From: Camelus ferus
Taxonomy: Eukaryota
Assembly (NCBI RefSeq): GCF_009834535.1
Contig: NC_045696.1
Span: forward strand, 82,834,001 to 82,898,000
DNA length: 64,000 bases
Direction of reading: 5' to 3'
The notes below the pieces were generated by a model. The model did not search any database, was not told the origin of the DNA, and saw only the letters and a list, made by a program, of their open reading frames with translations. Positions 63,203-64,000 of the stretch are shown here, piece by piece. Each line of letters starts with the position of its first letter. Within the stretch, counting starts at the first letter, position 1. Both the position numbers and the translations under genes were made by a program.

Positions 63203-63364
63203 TGATCTCATTTTCCCCAGTTAACTAACTTTATTTTTTTCTTCCATAATCTCTATCTGGTTACAGAATTGTTTTTTTTTAATAGTCTTAGGATAAAATT
63301 TAAAACCAAGAATACTTTATGGTAAAATGAATAAGCACCTTAAATGGTTTCATGGTTAAATTCC

Positions 63365-63452
63365 TATTTTTATTGAGATATAATTGACATATAACATTAT
63401 ATTAGTTTCAGGTGCACAACATAATGACTCAGTGTTTGTATATGTTGCAAAC
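63365..63452 (-). mobile_element. LINE-1 extreme 3' end fragment (L1MA-like)
   Basis: TTTTTATTGAGATATAATTGACATATAACATTATATTAGTTTCAGGTGCACAACATAATGA. Confidence 0.8.
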
Positions 63453-63459
63453 TAGAATT

Positions 63460-63610
63460 AAATGATTTTATGAATGAAGAAACCCTGAAGCCTGGACAAG
63501 TAAATTGGGCAATGACTTACTTAAGGTCACAGAGCTGGTCAGGGAAGAGGTAGGCAGCTCTTGGAAATTATAGGTCAGGGTTTTTTCCACATTTACCCCA
63601 CTGCTTTTTA
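63460..63610 (-). mobile_element. MIR SINE
   Basis: TTTTATGAATGAAGAAACCCTGAAGCC...AATGACTTACTTAAGGTCACAGAGCTGGT. Confidence 0.65.
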
Positions 63611-64000
63611 GTCAGTCATTAATGGATTTATTAAATCCTTCCTCTCATCAGCATTTTGCTGGAAAGTAAGAGGAATAAGCACCACCCCCAAACCTTGGTA
63701 AATGAGTCAATTGAAGGCGTAATGCCTGCTTTCGAAGAGTGGGATCAGGAGCTGGGTGATGAAGGCAGGTCCTGGATCTGTGAGTACCACTTCTGATTGG
63801 TAAGAGAGGGATTGAGTTTTTAAGAAACAAATGTTCTTTTTTGACTAGGTTCTCTACAGCTCTTGCTGTCATGATCCTTTATGTTGTGTCTCTCCAACCT
63901 ATAACCTTAGAAGCACCTTGCTGAGAAGGTGCTCCTTTTAAGGACATGTTGCAGGGGGTGATGGTGCCCCTTAGCTGGGCCACTGCTGGAAAACAGAGGA

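Larger units (their letters stand above)
1..64000 (+). other. MECOM: Part of the MECOM (MDS1/EVI1, PRDM3) transcription unit: end of the long MDS1-EVI1 intron, EVI1 promoter and first exons, one PR-domain exon and the following intron
   Basis: Exon 52281-52415 translates to the MECOM PR-domain segment. Upstream CpG-island sequences resemble EVI1 5' exons as I recall them. No other gene's exons were recognised. Confidence 0.95.

Noticed and set aside
52416..64000. Next MECOM coding exon (IFYRVV...MKSED) or its 5'-extended 3L form
   Set aside because: No matching sequence was found; it probably lies just beyond the window.
1..64000. CRISPR arrays, operons or other prokaryotic/viral systems
   Set aside because: The sequence is mammalian intronic DNA, with no spaced direct-repeat array, long ORFs or ERV internal coding region.

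Overview
This is mammalian genomic DNA, most likely from a camelid (alpaca, llama or camel), judged from a camelid-type tRNA-derived SINE at 7123-7282 and a cetartiodactyl-type L1 3' end at about 30313-30560. The window lies inside MECOM (MDS1/EVI1, PRDM3) on the + strand. The only firmly supported coding exon is 52281-52415 (135 bp, AG/GT, phase 0/0), encoding ILDEFCNVKFCIDASQPDVGSWLKYIRFAGCYDQHNLVACQINDQ, part of the PR/SET domain. Bases 1-46.3 kb are the end of the large MDS1-EVI1 intron, with many old repeats (MIR, L2, MER3, MER5A, Tigger2-type MITE, MLT1) and a 346-bp unidentified insertion flanked by 17-bp target-site duplications (TSDs). The 46.3-51.1 kb region holds the orthologue of the MDS1-only terminal exon (frameshifted relative to human), a CTCF motif, two CpG-rich islands and the EVI1 internal promoter with a (CA)26 tract and an IR/DR5 retinoic-acid element. 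It also holds the alternative EVI1 5' exons 1a, 1b and 1c, and a 63-bp cassette exon with an in-frame stop and GTG where I recall human has ATG. The rest is intron; the next exon, with the EVI1 MKSED start, is not in the window. I reject the ORF-track entries as stand-alone genes. Comparisons to human sequence and repeat consensi are from memory and need alignment. Repeat boundaries are approximate.
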